Positions 32,946 through 43,074 of a stretch of 64,000 bases of DNA are shown here, in pieces. Both the position numbers and the translations under genes were made by a program. The DNA is taken from NCBI GenBank assembly GCA_963816675.1, contig CAWFLS010000005.1:100212-164211 (forward strand), read 5' to 3'. Numbering within the stretch: position 1 is the stretch's first letter; each line of letters begins with the position of its first letter. Source of the DNA: an uncultured Chloroflexia bacterium (lineage in GTDB: Bacteria; Chloroflexota; Limnocylindria; Limnocylindrales; CSP1-4). The notes below the pieces were generated by a model, which was not told the DNA's origin, ran no database searches, and was given only the letters and a program-made list of their open reading frames with translations.

Positions 32946-33598
32946 TGGGACCGGTCCTCGTGGCGCGCCTGGAGCGCGCGACGTGTCGGATGCGGCCGGC
33001 GCCCGGAGCCCTCGCCGGGATCGTCATGCTCGGCGGCCATGGTGGCCACGAGGCGGTGGAACCGCGTCTCCCCGGCGAGCTCCGGGTGGAAGGCCGTCGC
33101 GATGACGTTGCGCTGCCGTACGGCGACGATCCGTCCGTCATCGAGCCGGGCGAGGACGTCGACGTCGGGACCCGTCCGGTCGATGATCGGGGCGCGGATG
33201 AACACAGCATGGACAGGGTTGTCACCGAGGACCGGCACCTGGAGCTCGGCCTCGAATGAGTCGAGCTGGCGCCCGAAGGCATTGCGTTCCACGGTCACGT
33301 CGAGGAGTGGAAGGATCGGCGTCTCCCCGCCCGCGATCTCGTTCGCGAGCACGATCATGCCGGCGCACGTTCCGAACACGGGTGCGCCCGTGGCCGCGAG
33401 GTCGAGGATCGGCCCGTGGAGGCCCCAGCGATCGATCAGCTGGCGCATCGTCGTGCTCTCGCCACCGGGCAGGATGAGGCCGCTGACGCCGTCGAGGTCG
33501 GCAGGCTCGCGGACGCGGACGCCCTCGACACCGATCGCACGCAGCGTGTCGAGGTGCTCCCGAAACGCGCCTTGGAGCGCGAGAACACCGATCTTCAT
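32942..33598 (-). CDS. pdxT: PLP synthase glutaminase subunit
   Basis: MKIGVLALQGAFREH, LPGGESTT, GTCAG, RNAFGRQLDSFE, and FHPEL. Confidence 0.96.
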   Translation of the reverse strand: MKIGVLALQGAFREHLDTLRAIGVEGVRVREPADLDGVSGLILPGGESTTMRQLIDRWGLHGPILDLAATGAPVFGTCAGMIVLANEIAGGETPILPLLDVTVERNAFGRQLDSFEAELQVPVLGDNPVHAVFIRAPIIDRTGPDVDVLARLDDGRIVAVRQRNVIATAFHPELAGETRFHRLVATMAAEHDDPGEGSGRRPHPTRRALQARHEDRSQ

Positions 33599-33658
33599 GG
33601 TCTAGAGATGCTACGAGGTGTGGCCACACGCTCTCCGAGTCGCCGAGGCGACGCTGCT

Positions 33659-33743
33659 GCGAGCCATCGGCGCGAGGACTCGACGCCCCGCGAGCCATCG
33701 GCGCGAGGACTCGACGCGACTGCGAGCCATCGGCGGGAGGACT
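33659..33743. repeat. Three direct repeats (period 31-32 bp) between pdxS and pdxT
   Basis: GCGAGCCATCGGCGCGAGGACTCGACGC at 33659 and 33690, with a partial copy at 33722. Confidence 0.85.
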
Positions 33744-34630
33744 ACCAGCCGCGGACGGCGAGCCGCTCCGTGTCCGGGATCTGGTCGATGGCGATGCCGC
33801 GCATCGGGGCCCCAAGACCTCGACTGACCTCGGCGATCTTCTTCGGGTCATCGAAGAAGGTCGTGGCCTGGACGATCGCGTTGGCCATCCGAGCCGGGTC
33901 CTCGCTCTTGAAGATCCCGGACCCGACGAAGACGCCTTCGGCACCGAGCTGCATCACGAGGGCCGCGTCAGCCGGCGTGCTGATCCCGCCCGCAACGAAA
34001 TTGACCACCGGCAGCTTGCCGTTCGCCGCGACGTCCTTGACGACCTCGAACGGGGCCTGCGAGCTCCTTGGCCGCGACGAACAGCTCGTCCTCGCGCATC
34101 CCCTGCAGGCGGCGGATCTCGGAGAGGACATCGCGCAGCTGGTGGACGGCCTCGACGACGTTGCCGGTGCCCGCCTCGCCCTTCGTCCGCATCATCGCGG
34201 CGCCTTCGTTGATCCGGCGCAGCGCCTCACCGAGATTCCGGCAGCCGCACACGAACGGGACCTTGAACGCGTGCTTGTCGATGTGGTTCCGCTCGTCGGC
34301 CGGGGTGAGCACCTCGGACTCGTCGATGTAGTCGACGCCGAGGGCTTCGAGGACCTGGGCTTCGACGAAGTGACCGATCCGGGCCTTGGCCATCACCGGG
34401 ATGCTGACGGCATCCATGATCCCGACGATCATCTCGGGATCCGACATGCGAGCGACGCCGCCCGCTGCGCGGATGTCCGAGGGGACGCGCTCGAGCGCCA
34501 TCACCGCGACGGCGCCGGCATCCTCGGCGATCTTGGCGTGATCGGGGGTGACGACGTCCATGATGACGCCGCCCTTGAGCATCTGGGCGAGACCCTTCTT
34601 GGTGGCCCAGGTAGACGTTTCGACGGTCAT
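33742..34630 (-). CDS. pdxS: PLP synthase lyase subunit (frameshift near 34060)
   Basis: [47 protein letters not shown], and RGW*. Confidence 0.96.
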
Positions 34631-35269
34631 GTGGGGCGAGTTCCTTTGATGGTCGCGCTCGGTTCGCCGGCCGGGTCTGGCCCCGGGGTCCTCGCCCGTT
34701 CGAGTCGACCGAGCCCCGCGCGCGTTCGGATTATCGCACGAGCGCGCGCGAGAGCCAGTCCCTCGATCTTGGAGTGCGTCGTCGCTTCCGAGGCGATTCC
34801 TGCGTACGGCCCTTCGATATCGCGCGATCACGCCCTCCGAAAGCGTTTGTCGCTCCGAGTCGACGATTCCTGTCTGCGTCGAATCCGAACGGGCACTTCA
34901 AACAGCGTTCGTCGCTTCCCACGCGACGATCCGCGTCCAACGCGTCGATCGGCCCGGAGTCACGGCATCGGGATTCGTCGCTTCCACGCGACGGTCCGCT
35001 TCGTCGCCCTCCCGCGCGGGATGTGAACGAGTTGTCGCCGCCGAGGCCAGGGAGAGCGTCGTCCGGCTCCGGCGCAACGGTGCACCCGGAGCACGGCGCG
35101 GCCTCGGGAGGCCGAGCCCTAGTTTTGCGCCCCGAGAAACAGTGGTGTTGACGTCGACGGGGGCTCGGTCCGCGGGTGCAAACCTGCGCCGAAATGGCCG
35201 ATCTGGGCCCAAACGGGCGCTGTGTGCGGGCGGCAAAAGTTGCGTGGGCGGCAACGGACGCGTCGAAGC

Positions 35270-35755
35270 GCTCTCGAAGCGGAACCGCGTCATGTCGTCG
35301 GGGAACACCGACCAGGCGAATGCGCGGACCGGTCGCAGCTCCCAGAGTCCACCCTCGGCCCAATGGGAGACGTCAGCGACGTAGCCCGGCTGGTACTTCG
35401 CGTAACCGGCGAGGATCTGACCGGCCAGCGGCTCGGCCGGAGCCACCAGCTCGGTGGCCGTCCCCTCGACGATGACGACTTCGTCGCCGGCTCCGACGTG
35501 TATCGCCATCTGGGGATTCGCCCGGAGGTTGCGCTGCCACCGCGTCGGCCCGCCTTCGACGTACCAGCGCTCCCCTACCCACGCTCCCCAGATCGGGATG
35601 AGATGCGGCGCCGCGTCGGCCGCCGCGGTCGCGAGCCAGTAGATCGTCGCGGTTTGGAGCCGCTCCCGGGCCCAGGCCCAGTCGAGGAGGCCCTCCGACG
35701 ATGTCGGGATGCCGTAGCCGGGGACGTGTGGACGGTCGGCGGTCGGTTCAGTCAT
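35270..35755 (-). CDS. Pyridoxamine 5'-phosphate oxidase-like (split-barrel flavin-binding) protein; 3' end approximate
   Basis: LLDWAWARERL...YWLAT...PHLIPIWGAW...RNLRANP...TRFRFE. The ORF runs on to 34898, probably because the stop was lost. Confidence 0.78.
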
Positions 35756-35797
35756 GACTTCGATGCTAGCGTTCCAGGGCGGTCGTGGCTTCGCTCC

Positions 35798-36576
35798 TTA
35801 CCGTCCTACCGTCCGGACCACGCCCGACATCAGCTTCGTCGCACGTCGCGCCGCCGAGGGCGACAGGCGCGACAGCGCCTCGACGAGACCGAGCACGTCG
35901 TCGTCGGGGAGCCCGCTCAGGAGATCGAACAGCCGCAGGATCGTCGTGTCCGGAACGCGACCGAGGAGCTGGAGCGAACGTTCGAGCTCGCGCGGCTCGA
36001 CCTTTGGCACGAGTCCGACGGCGCGATCGAACAGCCGAACGAACACGAGGAACGTCCCGAGCCAGTCACGAAGGGCCGCGAGCTCCGAGGTCGTCGGGTT
36101 GCGCGGCGAGCGCCTCCGCGGCCTCGCGTTCCTTCTCCTCGAGCACCGCGACGATCGGGTCGCCTTCACGGACCTTGCGCTCGGCGATGACCCGCCCGAA
36201 CCACTGCCAGTGATCCCCGACGGCGAGATACGCCGTCCCGGCCGGTCCCCGCCGGCCGACGCGCCGAGGCTCGGGTACGCGCTCGACGATCCCCCACGAC
36301 TCCGCTTCCGCGAGAGCCAGGCTGGCGGCACGGTGGCTCAGACCCAGGGCCTCGCGGACCTCGCGCTCGGTGAGCGGCTCCTGACGAGCCATCAGATAGG
36401 CCTGGACGCGGGCGATGGCCGGGGTCACTCCCCATGCTGCGCCCATCTCGCCCCACGCGGCCGCAAGGTCGATCCTGATGGCCTCGGCGGTCTGCGACGA
36501 GTCGGGTGCCGGCCGCGGATCGGGCCTTTCCGCCGTCCGTCGCGGTCGAGTCGGCGATGACGTGCGGTTCGCTCAT
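35798..36576 (-). CDS. GbsR/MarR-family transcriptional regulator (frameshifted; start uncertain)
   Basis: WGEMGAAWGVTPAIARVQAYL...LTEREVREALGLSHRAASLALAEAESWGIV. Confidence 0.78.
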
Positions 36577-36629
36577 AACTTGCTATGCGAGGGTAGCACG
36601 TCGAACTGGCCGAACGGGTCCGCGGCGGT

Positions 36630-37132
36630 TCAGCCGCGCCGATCGAGCTCTTCACGAAGGGCGCCGAGGTGCTCGATCGCGAGGAGATCCTTCGGACGCC
36701 CGGCCGCGCGCTTCATCGCGATGAGATCGGCAAGGTCGGCGATCCAGACGGTTGACCCCTCGAGCTCGGCACGGATCGCACGCGACCGCAGCGTTGGGAA
36801 ATCGAGATCGGGGTCCGGCCGCGCGAGCAGGTCGAGGTCACCGAACCGGGTACGGAACGTAAAGACGTCGCCTGCCCGGAGTGCTCGGGCGTCGAGTGGT
36901 GCGACGACGCCCTCCGGCATCCCACGACGTATCGCAGCGAGACCGATCAAGGACCGTCGCCAGCCGGGTCGAGGTTCGCGCCGTCGAGGGCGAAGCAGAT
37001 GTCCAGGTCCTCGGTGATCACCGGAGACCCGTGAACCTGTGCCGCGAGTCCACCGATCACCACGAATTCGACGCCACCTTCGAGCAACGCCTGGAGCAGG
37101 GACCGTGCCGAAAACGCGGAGTGTTCGCTCAT
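36630..37132 (-). CDS. Nucleotidyltransferase-fold protein (AbiEii/DUF6036-like), frameshifted
   Basis: [25 protein letters not shown]...TRFGDLDLL...[13 protein letters not shown]. Confidence 0.78.
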
Positions 37133-37455
37133 TCCGCGACCATCCGGAGCGCTCGTCGGAATTCGACGTGCTCCTGGTCGACGCAAGGGCTCGCTTCAAG
37201 CGCTCGGATGGTGTGAGCTCGAGAAGCTCGCGAATCTGCGTTCGATCGATGCCGATCCCGAGGCGTGGCATCGACTCGAGGCCGTAGCCGCACGCTTCGA
37301 GCAGCCGGTCGAGGGTGCCCACGCGGGGGTCTGTGTGGCCACGCTCGATGCGGGCGATCGTTTCCTGCGGGATCCCGGCCTTCTCGGCGAGAGCCGCGCT
37401 GCGTCAATCCCGCGCGGCCGCGCGCTTCGCGGACCATCCGACCGGCCATCGACAT
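37129..37455 (-). CDS. XRE-family HTH protein (frameshifted)
   Basis: Joined frames read [46 protein letters not shown]...[18 protein letters not shown]; RBS GAGGAGG. Confidence 0.8.
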   Translation of the reverse strand: MSMAGRMVREARGRAGLTQRGSRREGRDPAGNDRPHRAWPHRPPRGHPRPAARSVRLRPRVDATPRDRHRSNADSRASRAHTIRALEASPCVDQEHVEFRRALRMVAE

Positions 37456-37468
37456 GTCGTCCTCCTCG

Positions 37469-37510
37469 TGATGACGTAAACATCATCAAGGTGTTGCGCC
37501 GGGAGGTCAA
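37469..37510 (-). promoter_or_regulatory. Promoter TTGACC-N17-GATGAT with an overlapping palindromic operator
   Basis: TGATGACG-taaa-CATCATCA (37469-37488) overlaps the -10. Confidence 0.65.
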
Positions 37511-37531
37511 GCAGGAACGCGAGCCGTGCCG

Positions 37532-38018
37532 TCAGGTCGTCGGGAGCGGGACGAACGGTCCTAGCGCGGTAGAGGCCGCTACGAATAACGGCAGACCCCA
37601 GTCGATCTCGACCTCGCATGACGCGAGCCGTTCGGTCCCGCGCGGCGCGCCGAACTCGAAGACGACCTCCTGGCCATCGAAGGCCGTCGGGCACTCGCCG
37701 GTGAATGGTCTGGCCTTGAGCGCAGCGAAATCGGTCGACGCGATCGCCGACTCGAGCGCGCCGAGCGCGGCGGGAGGCACCGTCCCGAGTTCGTTCGGTG
37801 GCTTGTTGACGCCATGGACGCGACCGTCCCGCTCGAGGACGACCGTCATGCCACATGGAGCGGCGAAACACTCGCCGCCGCGAAGCTCGACGGTCGCCAA
37901 CGGCCCTGGCGTGATCGGCAGCGGGATCGCGATCCCGGACGAGCAACCGGCAACGGTCGCCATGACCGCTGAAAACGCGACTGAACGCGCGATCCTCGCC
38001 GCCTCGAGACTCTCAGCA
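37532..38018 (-). CDS. Putative lipoprotein (start uncertain)
   Basis: VAGC lipobox-like motif; [13 protein letters not shown]...[13 protein letters not shown]...LASCEVEID, with paired Cys. Confidence 0.6.
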
Positions 38019-38075
38019 TGGCCGACGGACGGCCACGGACCGTGCGCGGTTCCCGGCTCGACTATCCTCCCGGCC

Positions 38076-39692
38076 ATGCCCGTCCTGCGCAGCCGGCTGG
38101 ATCCCGCGAACCCGGATGTGCGCGCCAACCACGAAGCGATGACGACCCTCGTGGACGACCTTCGAGCCCGACAGGCCGCCGTCGCCGGGCGCGGCGCCGG
38201 CGGCGACGACCGCTCCATCGACCGCCACCGCGAACGCGGCAAGCTTCCCGTCCGAGAACGGATCGACCGTCTCCTCGATCCCGGCTCGGCGTTCCTCGAG
38301 CTGAGCCCGCTGGCCGCGACAGGTCTCTACGACGACGACGCGCCCGGTGCCGGGATGGTCACGGGCATCGGCCGGATCGAGGGCACCACGTGCGTGGTGA
38401 TCGCCAACGACGCGACCGTCAAGGGCGGCACCTACTACCCGATGACCGTCAAGAAGCACCTCCGTGCCCAGGAGATCGCCCTCGAGAACCGGCTGCCGTG
38501 CGTCTACCTGGTCGACAGCGGCGGTGCCTTCCTCCCGCTCCAGGCCGAGGTCTTTCCCGACCGCGACCACTTCGGTCGGATCTTCTACAACCAGGCTCGG
38601 ATGTCGGCTGCCGGGATCCCGCAGGTCGCGCTCGTCATGGGATCGTGCACGGCCGGCGGCGCGTACGTGCCGGCGATGAGCGACGAGACCGTCATCGTGC
38701 GCGGCACGGGAACGATCTTTCTCGGCGGTCCGCCGCTCGTGAAGGCCGCCACCGGCGAGGACGTGACTCCCGAGGAGCTCGGCGGCGCAGAAGTCCACAC
38801 CCGGCGCTCGGGCGTCGCCGATCATGAAGCGCTCGACGACGAGCACGCGCTCGCGCTCGGACGCTCGATCGTCGCGAACCTGAACCGTCGGACGCCCGAG
38901 GCGCCATGGGACCGGCGCACGCCCGAACCGCCGGCCATCGAGCCAGCCGGCGACGACACGACCGCCTCGCTGTACGCCGCCGTGTCCGCGGACGCGCGCC
39001 GACCAGTCCCGGTCCGCGAGCTGATCGCCCGTCTCGTGGACGGCAGCCGCTTCCATGAGTTCAAGCCGCTGTACGGCGAGACGCTCGTCACCGGCTTCGC
39101 CCACATCGCGGGCTATCCGGTGGCGATCCTCGCCAACGACGGCATCCTGTTCAGCCAGTCGGCGCTCAAGGGCGCCCATTTCATCGAGCTGGCTTGCCAG
39201 CGGCGCATCCCGCTCGTCTTCCTCCAGAACATCACCGGGTTCATGGTCGGGCGCGAGTACGAGGAGGCCGGCATCGCCAAGGACGGCGCGAAGCTGGTCA
39301 CCGCAGTCGCGTCAGCCGAGGTGCCGAAGTTCACGGTCCTCATCGGTGGGTCATTCGGCGCCGGCAACTACGCGATGGCCGGCCGGGCGTACCAGCCTCG
39401 GTTCCTCTGGTCGTGGCCGAACTCGCGCATCTCGGTGATGGGCGGGTCACAGGCCGCTCGGGTGCTGTCCACGGTCCGCGGTGGGTTCGCGTCGGACGCC
39501 GAACGCGACGCCTTCGAAGCCCCGATCCTCGAGACGTACGACCGCGAAGGTTCGCCGTATTTCGCGACGGCGCGACTCTGGGACGACGGCGTCATCGACC
39601 CGCTCGACACCCGCCGGGTCCTCGCGATGGGCATCGAGGCCGCGCTCCACGCGCCGATCCCCGAGACGAAGTTCGGCGTCTTCCGGATGTAG
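38076..39692 (+). CDS. liuB: Methylcrotonyl-CoA carboxylase beta (carboxyltransferase) subunit
   Basis: [43 protein letters not shown], and [13 protein letters not shown]. Confidence 0.9.
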   Translation: MPVLRSRLDPANPDVRANHEAMTTLVDDLRARQAAVAGRGAGGDDRSIDRHRERGKLPVRERIDRLLDPGSAFLELSPLAATGLYDDDAPGAGMVTGIGRIEGTTCVVIANDATVKGGTYYPMTVKKHLRAQEIALENRLPCVYLVDSGGAFLPLQAEVFPDRDHFGRIFYNQARMSAAGIPQVALVMGSCTAGGAYVPAMSDETVIVRGTGTIFLGGPPLVKAATGEDVTPEELGGAEVHTRRSGVADHEALDDEHALALGRSIVANLNRRTPEAPWDRRTPEPPAIEPAGDDTTASLYAAVSADARRPVPVRELIARLVDGSRFHEFKPLYGETLVTGFAHIAGYPVAILANDGILFSQSALKGAHFIELACQRRIPLVFLQNITGFMVGREYEEAGIAKDGAKLVTAVASAEVPKFTVLIGGSFGAGNYAMAGRAYQPRFLWSWPNSRISVMGGSQAARVLSTVRGGFASDAERDAFEAPILETYDREGSPYFATARLWDDGVIDPLDTRRVLAMGIEAALHAPIPETKFGVFRM

Positions 39693-39740
39693 GGCGGGCG
39701 GCGGTGCCGCCGCAGCGCGGTTCTCGGCTAGCATCGCGTC

Positions 39741-40505
39741 ATGCCACGCGTCGCCCGGTTCTCGATCGCCCCGGTGCGCAGCCTCGCGCTCGAGCACCCC
39801 GACGAGATCGACCTGACCGAGCGCGGTGTCGTCGAGGACCGCCGGTTCTTCCTGGCCGACGACACGAACCGGCTCGTCGACCGGATCGTCATGGGCGAGC
39901 TGGTCCAGATCGCGGCCCACACGGACGCGACGGCCTCGGTGCTGCGACTCTCGTTCCCCGACGGAACCGTGGTCGAGGATGAGGTCAGCCTCGGCGAGCA
40001 CATCGAGACGCCGATCCACGGCCGAACGGGCGTCGGTCATGTCGTCGTCGGTCCCTGGGCGGAACCGCTCTCGGACTTCTGCGGCCGCCCGATCACCCTC
40101 GTCCGCTGCGAGCGCCCGGGAGGTACCAGGTCGGGCAATCCGGCCAGCATCGTCTCCGACGGCTCGCTCGGCGAGCTCGCGCGCCAGAGCGGCCTCGAGG
40201 ACGTCGACGCGCGCCGCTTTCGGATGCTGATCGAGCTCGAAGGCGCCGAGCCGCACGAGGAGGACACCTGGATCGGCCACCGCGTCGCGATCGGTGGTGC
40301 CATCGTCGCGGTGACCAAGCCGGACGCGCGATGCGCGATCACGACGCAGGACCCCGACACGGGCATCCGCGACCTCGACACGCTTCGGATGGTCATCGCC
40401 TACCGTGGCCTGCGCGAAGGCAAGCACGCCGACTTCGGGGTGCTCGCCGACGTCGCCCAACCGGGCACGATCCGGCTTGGAGACGAGGCGCGCGTCCTCG
40501 ACTGA
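39741..40505 (+). CDS. MOSC domain protein
   Basis: IAPVRSL, GVVEDRRF, DARRFRM, RCAITTQDPDTG, and FGVLADVAQPGTIRLGD. Confidence 0.87.
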   Translation: MPRVARFSIAPVRSLALEHPDEIDLTERGVVEDRRFFLADDTNRLVDRIVMGELVQIAAHTDATASVLRLSFPDGTVVEDEVSLGEHIETPIHGRTGVGHVVVGPWAEPLSDFCGRPITLVRCERPGGTRSGNPASIVSDGSLGELARQSGLEDVDARRFRMLIELEGAEPHEEDTWIGHRVAIGGAIVAVTKPDARCAITTQDPDTGIRDLDTLRMVIAYRGLREGKHADFGVLADVAQPGTIRLGDEARVLD

Positions 40506-40507
40506 GG

Positions 40508-41275
40508 TCAGTCCGGGGCAGGCGGCTCGGGCGCGAGGCGCCAGCGGATCCCGTACTTGTCGATGTCGGCCGCCGCCGTTACGCCGCGAACGTGGAGGTG
40601 GATGGTGTGCGGTGCCGCGCCGGCGGCTCGTCGCGGGCGCAGGCGAACGATCTGCCGGCCGACGTCCGCGTCACGCGATCCTCCGCCGGCCAGTGACGGA
40701 CGGAAGCGAAGTCCCGTGGATCGGAGGAACGCCTGAACCGTGGGCGGAACCTGGTCCACGGCAAGCTCCAGGACGGTGAGCCGCGCCGGTCCTGTCGCCC
40801 GTCCGGCCCGCTCGGCCGGCGTCCACTCCGCAGCAGTCGCGTCGTGCTCGATCAGGAACGGCGGCAGGTCGGGGCCGAGGCGAGGCGGCGCAGCCAGACG
40901 CCAGCGCACGACGGCGCCATCCGGACGGAGCCGCTCGCCGGTGAGGGGGCCGCCGATGTCCGAGCCTTGAGCGCGGAGCCGGGCGACGTCGTCATCGATG
41001 GCGTCGCTCGCGAGCGCCCACGTCGCGAGGCCGCCGCCGCCCTCGAGCGCTCGAAGCGTTGGCGCGCCGACCCATGACGCCGCCGCGAGCTGCTGGTCGA
41101 AGACGCCGATGAGCTCGAGGTAGGTGTCACCGAGCCATACCAACCGGTTGTAGGTCCCGAGCGCGTCGTGGCGTCCCCCGCCGCCGGGCTCGATGCCGAG
41201 CGTCGCCGCAAGATCTTCGGCGGCCGCGTCGGGATCGGCCACGGCGATCACGAGATGGTCGATGCCGGTCAGCAT
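40508..41275 (-). CDS. VOC (glyoxalase-like) family protein
   Basis: MLTGIDHLVIAVAD, GGRHDALGTYNRLV, YLELI, RPDG..VRWRL, and PFLIEH. Confidence 0.87.
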   Translation of the reverse strand: MLTGIDHLVIAVADPDAAAEDLAATLGIEPGGGGRHDALGTYNRLVWLGDTYLELIGVFDQQLAAASWVGAPTLRALEGGGGLATWALASDAIDDDVARLRAQGSDIGGPLTGERLRPDGAVVRWRLAAPPRLGPDLPPFLIEHDATAAEWTPAERAGRATGPARLTVLELAVDQVPPTVQAFLRSTGLRFRPSLAGGGSRDADVGRQIVRLRPRRAAGAAPHTIHLHVRGVTAAADIDKYGIRWRLAPEPPAPD

Positions 41276-41331
41276 CGAGACAGCGTAACGGCGGCGCCGA
41301 CCGTCCTTTCGACGCTCGCTAGCATGGCGCG

Positions 41332-42131
41332 GTGGACGCAAGCGAACGCTATCGGGGCGGCTCGCACGACGCGTCCTTGATAGCGAGATTCAGCCGCGCG
41401 CAGCGAGCCGCGGTCCGGGCCGAGTGGGCCGCCGCCCAAGCGGCGGGCCTCGAGATGCGGATCGAGGACGACGGGCAGATCCTCCTCGGCGCGGCCCCCT
41501 CGATCGGCTCGACGATGTTCAACCGCGGGCTGGGCTTCGCCGAGGCGCCGGGCCGAGCACGTGAAGCCGTGGACTTCTTCGATCAGCATCGCGTCGCCGG
41601 GGAGGTCGTTCTCGACGAAGCCGACACGCCGCACGGCGTCGAGCCGCGGCTTCGACTCGATGTCCACGTCGCCAGCTCCACGCGACGTTCAACCGGCGCC
41701 GGTCGACGGCCTGACGATTCGGGTGGTCGGTCCCGATGAAGCCGCGGCGTGGATGTCGGTGGTGATCGCCGCCAACGGCCCGTCGCGAGACGTCGCAGAT
41801 CTGTGGCGGTCGATGGCGCCGCATATCGCCCGGACGCCAGGCTGGATCCTCAGCGTCGCGGAGTTCGACGGCCGCATCGCGGCGGCGGCCTCGCTCTTCG
41901 TCGCCGAGCGGCGTCGGCTGGCAGAGCTGGGCCTCGGTCCTGCCGGAGGAACGCGGCCGAGGCATCCAGCGCTCGATGATCGCCGCTCGCTCCCAAGTTG
42001 CCGAGGAACATGGCTGCGACCTGGTCGCTGCGTGGGCGCTCGCCGGGGCACATTCATCAGCCAACCTGGAAAACGCGGGGTTTCGGCGCATCGGTCGGCG
42101 AGCGGTGATCAGGGCCGCCGATCTCGCCTGA
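41332..42131 (+). CDS. GNAT family N-acetyltransferase (frameshifted)
   Basis: FNRGLGF; later WASVLPEERGRGIQRSMIAAR...GCDLV...SSANLENAGFRR. Confidence 0.75.
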
Positions 42132-42168
42132 CTACGGCGGGTCCCTGCGGCTGTCGTAGCATGCGGGC

Positions 42169-42996
42169 GTGCCTCCCACGTCGAACGCTTCTGTCCGGCT
42201 CGAGCGGTCGGGTCCCGGGGATGTCGTGGCACGGGTCACCCTGGCGCGGCCGGACGTCCACAACGCGTTCGATGCCTCGCTCATCGCAAGCTTGCGGACG
42301 ACGTTTGCGGCGCTGGCGCGGGAGACGCCTGCCCGGCTGCGTGCGGTCGTGCTCGCCGGCGACGGACCGTCGTTCTGTGCCGGCGCGGACCTCGGCTGGA
42401 TGCGGGCGGCGATGGCGCTCGGCGTCGAGGGCAACGAGCAGGACGCGATGGCGATGGCCGACATGTTCGAGACCATCGACACGTGCCCGGTTCCGGTCAT
42501 CGCCCGGGTGCACGGTGCTGCGCTCGGCGGCGGGATGGGTCTCTGCGCGGTGGCCGACATCGTCATCGCCGAGAGTGGCACGCGATTCGGGTTCACCGAG
42601 TCGCGCCTCGGGCATCCTGCCGTCCGTCATCAGCCCGTTCGTCATCCCCAAGATCGGCGAAAGCAACGCGCGGGCCCTCTTTCCGGGCGGCCGTCGGTTC
42701 GATGCCACGCGAGCGGCGCGGATCGGACTCGTACACGAGATCGTGGAGGGCGTCGCCGCCCTCGACGCGGCCGTGGACACGGCTGTCGCGGATGTGCTCG
42801 CAGTCAGGTCCGACAGCGGCTCGCGCCGCCAAAGCGATCGTCCGTGAGGTTCGCGGGCTCGGTCACGGGTCGGCGAAATGGCACACCGCCCGAGTCATCG
42901 CCCGGCAGCGGGCCACCGAGGAAGCGCAGGAAGGATTTCGAGCCTTCAGCGAGACGGCGACGACCAGCCTGGGCGCCCGATACCGAGGCCGATTGA
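42169..42996 (+). CDS. liuC: Enoyl-CoA hydratase, probably methylglutaconyl-CoA hydratase (internal indels)
   Basis: LARPDVHNAFD, FCAGADLGWM, VHGAALGGGMGL, and EEAQEG; sits in the MCC/HMG-CoA lyase cluster. Confidence 0.82.
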   Translation: MPPTSNASVRLERSGPGDVVARVTLARPDVHNAFDASLIASLRTTFAALARETPARLRAVVLAGDGPSFCAGADLGWMRAAMALGVEGNEQDAMAMADMFETIDTCPVPVIARVHGAALGGGMGLCAVADIVIAESGTRFGFTESRLGHPAVRHQPVRHPQDRRKQRAGPLSGRPSVRCHASGADRTRTRDRGGRRRPRRGRGHGCRGCARSQVRQRLAPPKRSSVRFAGSVTGRRNGTPPESSPGSGPPRKRRKDFEPSARRRRPAWAPDTEAD

Positions 42997-43074
42997 GGCG
43001 GGCGCCCGGCGGGCCGCGCCTTCCGGGGCGGTGAGTTGCGGCTGCTCGTGCAGAATGCGACGATCGCGACATCG

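Noticed and set aside
33659-33743. Possible mini CRISPR array
   Set aside because: The repeats are separated by only 3-4 nt, with no spacers and no cas genes.
37335-38075. 247-aa N-terminal extension on the carboxyltransferase ORF
   Set aside because: It overlaps minus-strand genes. The likely start is ATG 38076, behind a TATCCT -10.
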